From contig OZ076409.1 in the NCBI GenBank assembly GCA_964187785.1, positions 53,446,001 through 53,510,000 of the forward strand: a stretch of 64,000 nt of DNA, given 5' to 3'. The notes under the pieces were generated by a model, which was given only the letters and a program-made list of their open reading frames with translations, made no database searches and was not told the DNA's origin. How positions within the stretch are numbered: the first letter of the stretch is position 1; each line of letters starts with the position of its first letter. The position numbers were made by a program, and so were the translations under genes. The DNA comes from Amphiscolops sp. MND2022 (lineage: Eukaryota). Positions 61,801 to 64,000 of the stretch are shown here, piece after piece.

Positions 61801-64000
61801 CAACAGCCACCAGAGTCACCTAAGTGCGAACTGATAGTTATTGCCGCGCACACTTCGACTGAGAGGCAGCGTGTGAGAGCCAGAACGCATTTAAGAGTTT
61901 CCTAGGAGACTAAGACTTTGGACGCGCTGCGTCTCGCAAAAGAACATCAAGTACAGTAGCATCTGAAAGTGTGAAGAACTGTGTTTCCATTGATTGTGCT
62001 ACGATCAGATTAGTACAACTCTCTTGTTGGCTAGTGTCCTAGCACCTACTCACCCTCAAGGTCTATTCCCTGAGTTCCCTTTTTGTAGTAACCCTACTTG
62101 TGCTCTCCTCATAAAGGGCAGTGCGAGTGACATAGAGTGCGCTCACAGAATAAAGTGCGGAGATTTCTTGAATAAATCTCCATAAAGCTCTGTTAGCGTG
62201 CCAAAATCTTTCTGTTCATTCCAACCGCATAGCCTGTGGCTGGATAAAGCGTAGTTTAGTGTGAGTAACCTCTAATAGTACTTCAAAAAAAAAAACAAAA
62301 AAAAAACTTAAAAGACTCATCTTTAACTTTTCGTAGGATAACTATCTCCAGTTAGTGGGGTAGCAAACCTTTCTGTTCTGATTAGTGGTGACTAGCACCA
62401 GTGCATGTAATCTGAAGATTGTAGTTTGCAGGCCAACTTCATTCTACGTAGAACCTAGTAGGCAATTGCGAGCTGCAAGCTCAAGAACGTAGTGGTCCCA
62501 TAGTTTAGTTTAAACCATAGTGAGGAAGCACATTAAAAACTTCCTATTTTTATTTGTCTTGCGCTTGACTTTGCACAAAGAAGGATAGGGTGAGTAATGA
62601 AAAAAGCCAAAGCCCTGTTCAAAAGCTGGGTTACCAGAGGAAACAGTAGTCAGAGCAGTCCATCGAGCATGAAATCAGGCGAGATTGAGTATCTGAAGTC
62701 TTTGAATGAGTCGAACAGGCAGTCTAGTGGCTTCCACGCTACGAATCCATTTGCAAGCGATGTGGAGGAGTTATCTAGGCTTAGTGCACGTGCTGAGATA
62801 GCAGCGGATGACATGATTGCAAACATGTTTTTATACGACGTCATGTCGGATAATGTGTCCATCGCTGATCAAAACTCGCAAATGGCATACTTCAGCCAAC
62901 TAAACCACTCTCGGGCATCTTCCGATAGCGCTAACTTTGTAAATGGCACTGCCATGAACTGTGGTAACGTCTGGCCTCCCATGAACAACTCTGCGATTGA
63001 TTGGGGAGATTGGCCAAATTCGAATGGAGAACAAGCTAAAAGCTCGGACATCAGTAAATGGGTAGAGAACATGAATGCAGGCACGGCCTTCGGAGAGATT
63101 ACACCACAAATGAGTCTGGATGTGGACCCGCTGGGTTCCGGAGTTCCTGTGTTTGCTGCTAGTAGAAACGCCGTTGCTAACAAGACGGAAGGGTACATCA
63201 ATCAGGACAAAACGGAAACCTCAATCACATCAGTCAAGAGTTTAACTGAAAAGCTCATATCGGAAATGACTGCGATAATGGCGCAAAGAGATCAACAAGC
63301 CGATGAACGACTGACGCTCATTTCCGAAACTATGCATCGCAGAGACTTAGATGTCGACAAGCGCATGGTGGACCTCATGACTACAGTTCAAGAGTTGACC
63401 CTAGGGGTAAAAGCTGTAGTGGCGACGATACCAAGTCGTCCTTCACCTGTGCCGGTGGCACTAAATCCTGCGAACGCACCATCTGATAATGCATCTTCAA
63501 TTCAGCAACCCACCAATAGAGAAATAGTTCAGCGCCAGAGCAGGACGAAGCTCGACCAAAGAAACTTGAATCCAGAGACAGTAGAAGAGGCTGCAAAAGG
63601 CAATACACCGAACACAATACATGGGCAAATGTTAGCCGAAGCGATAACAACCGCGATGTCCAAAGGTTTGGAACCATTGCTAGCAGCAAAAGAAGCCAAA
63701 AATACACCAACCAAATACCGCGGTACGCGCGACGGGATAATAGATGGTTGGCTAATGCTCATGAAACGTTATCTGGAAAAAGCCCACTCAAAGGATACTT
63801 CGCTGGACAGAGCATGGACCATCGTGGAATTCTTAGAGAATGAGGCACAAGACTACATCATGAACAAATCCGAGGCTGAGCGCGACACGGATGAAAAAGT
63901 CTTTGCGCTACTAGCGCGTCGATTTGGAACCGGATCTAGTAAGTTCCAAATACAACAGCAGTTCCGTACACGCAATCAGTCCGACAACGAAGACTATATG
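58824..64000 (+). mobile_element. LTR retrotransposon of the same group as 41094-45907, 5' part (candidate autonomous member)
   Basis: 5' LTR 58824-59545 homologous to 41094-41825; 16-nt spacer; PBS TGGCGCCCCACAAGGGAC at 59562; ~3-kb leader; gag ORF runs off the window. Confidence 0.9.
62597..64000 (+). CDS. gag: Gag (open for 468 codons to the window end; absent from the ORF track because it has no stop)
   Basis: MKKAKALFKSW.. read by hand with no stop; capsid-like block PTKYRGTRDGIIDGWLMLMKRYL..IVEFLENEAQDYI..LLARRFG..QQFRTRNQSDNED. Confidence 0.88.
   Translation, partial: MKKAKALFKSWVTRGNSSQSSPSSMKSGEIEYLKSLNESNRQSSGFHATNPFASDVEELSRLSARAEIAADDMIANMFLYDVMSDNVSIADQNSQMAYFSQLNHSRASSDSANFVNGTAMNCGNVWPPMNNSAIDWGDWPNSNGEQAKSSDISKWVENMNAGTAFGEITPQMSLDVDPLGSGVPVFAASRNAVANKTEGYINQDKTETSITSVKSLTEKLISEMTAIMAQRDQQADERLTLISETMHRRDLDVDKRMVDLMTTVQELTLGVKAVVATIPSRPSPVPVALNPANAPSDNASSIQQPTNREIVQRQSRTKLDQRNLNPETVEEAAKGNTPNTIHGQMLAEAITTAMSKGLEPLLAAKEAKNTPTKYRGTRDGIIDGWLMLMKRYLEKAHSKDTSLDRAWTIVEFLENEAQDYIMNKSEAERDTDEKVFALLARRFGTGSSKFQIQQQFRTRNQSDNEDYM

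Overview
AT-rich, intron-containing animal genomic DNA, probably from an invertebrate, dominated by transposable elements. It holds three host genes: a six-exon anion-type Cys-loop ligand-gated ion channel subunit (+, 925-12315), a four-exon C2orf73/CIMIP6-like gene (+, 36911-39899), and the last two exons of a non-alpha nicotinic-receptor-like subunit (-, 55093-56236). LTR retrotransposons include two Mag-like Gypsy elements with 5-bp TSDs (one very young and intronic), a truncated Gypsy-like element whose gag seems to start inside the LTR, and an RT-less BEL/Pao element with one intact 1446-aa ORF. The most unusual group is a related set of LTR elements (30112-36346, 41094-45907, solo LTR 54015-54431, 58824->64000). 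The three copies with both flanks in the window have 3-bp target duplications (Troyka-like). The three copies with an interior carry the tRNA PBS 15-16 nt away from the LTR and share a non-coding leader of about 2.3-3 kb; two of these leaders show pairing-preserving substitutions. Helentron-like non-autonomous repeats, MITEs, a CGGBP/hAT remnant and minisatellites fill the rest. All alignments and identity estimates were made by eye.
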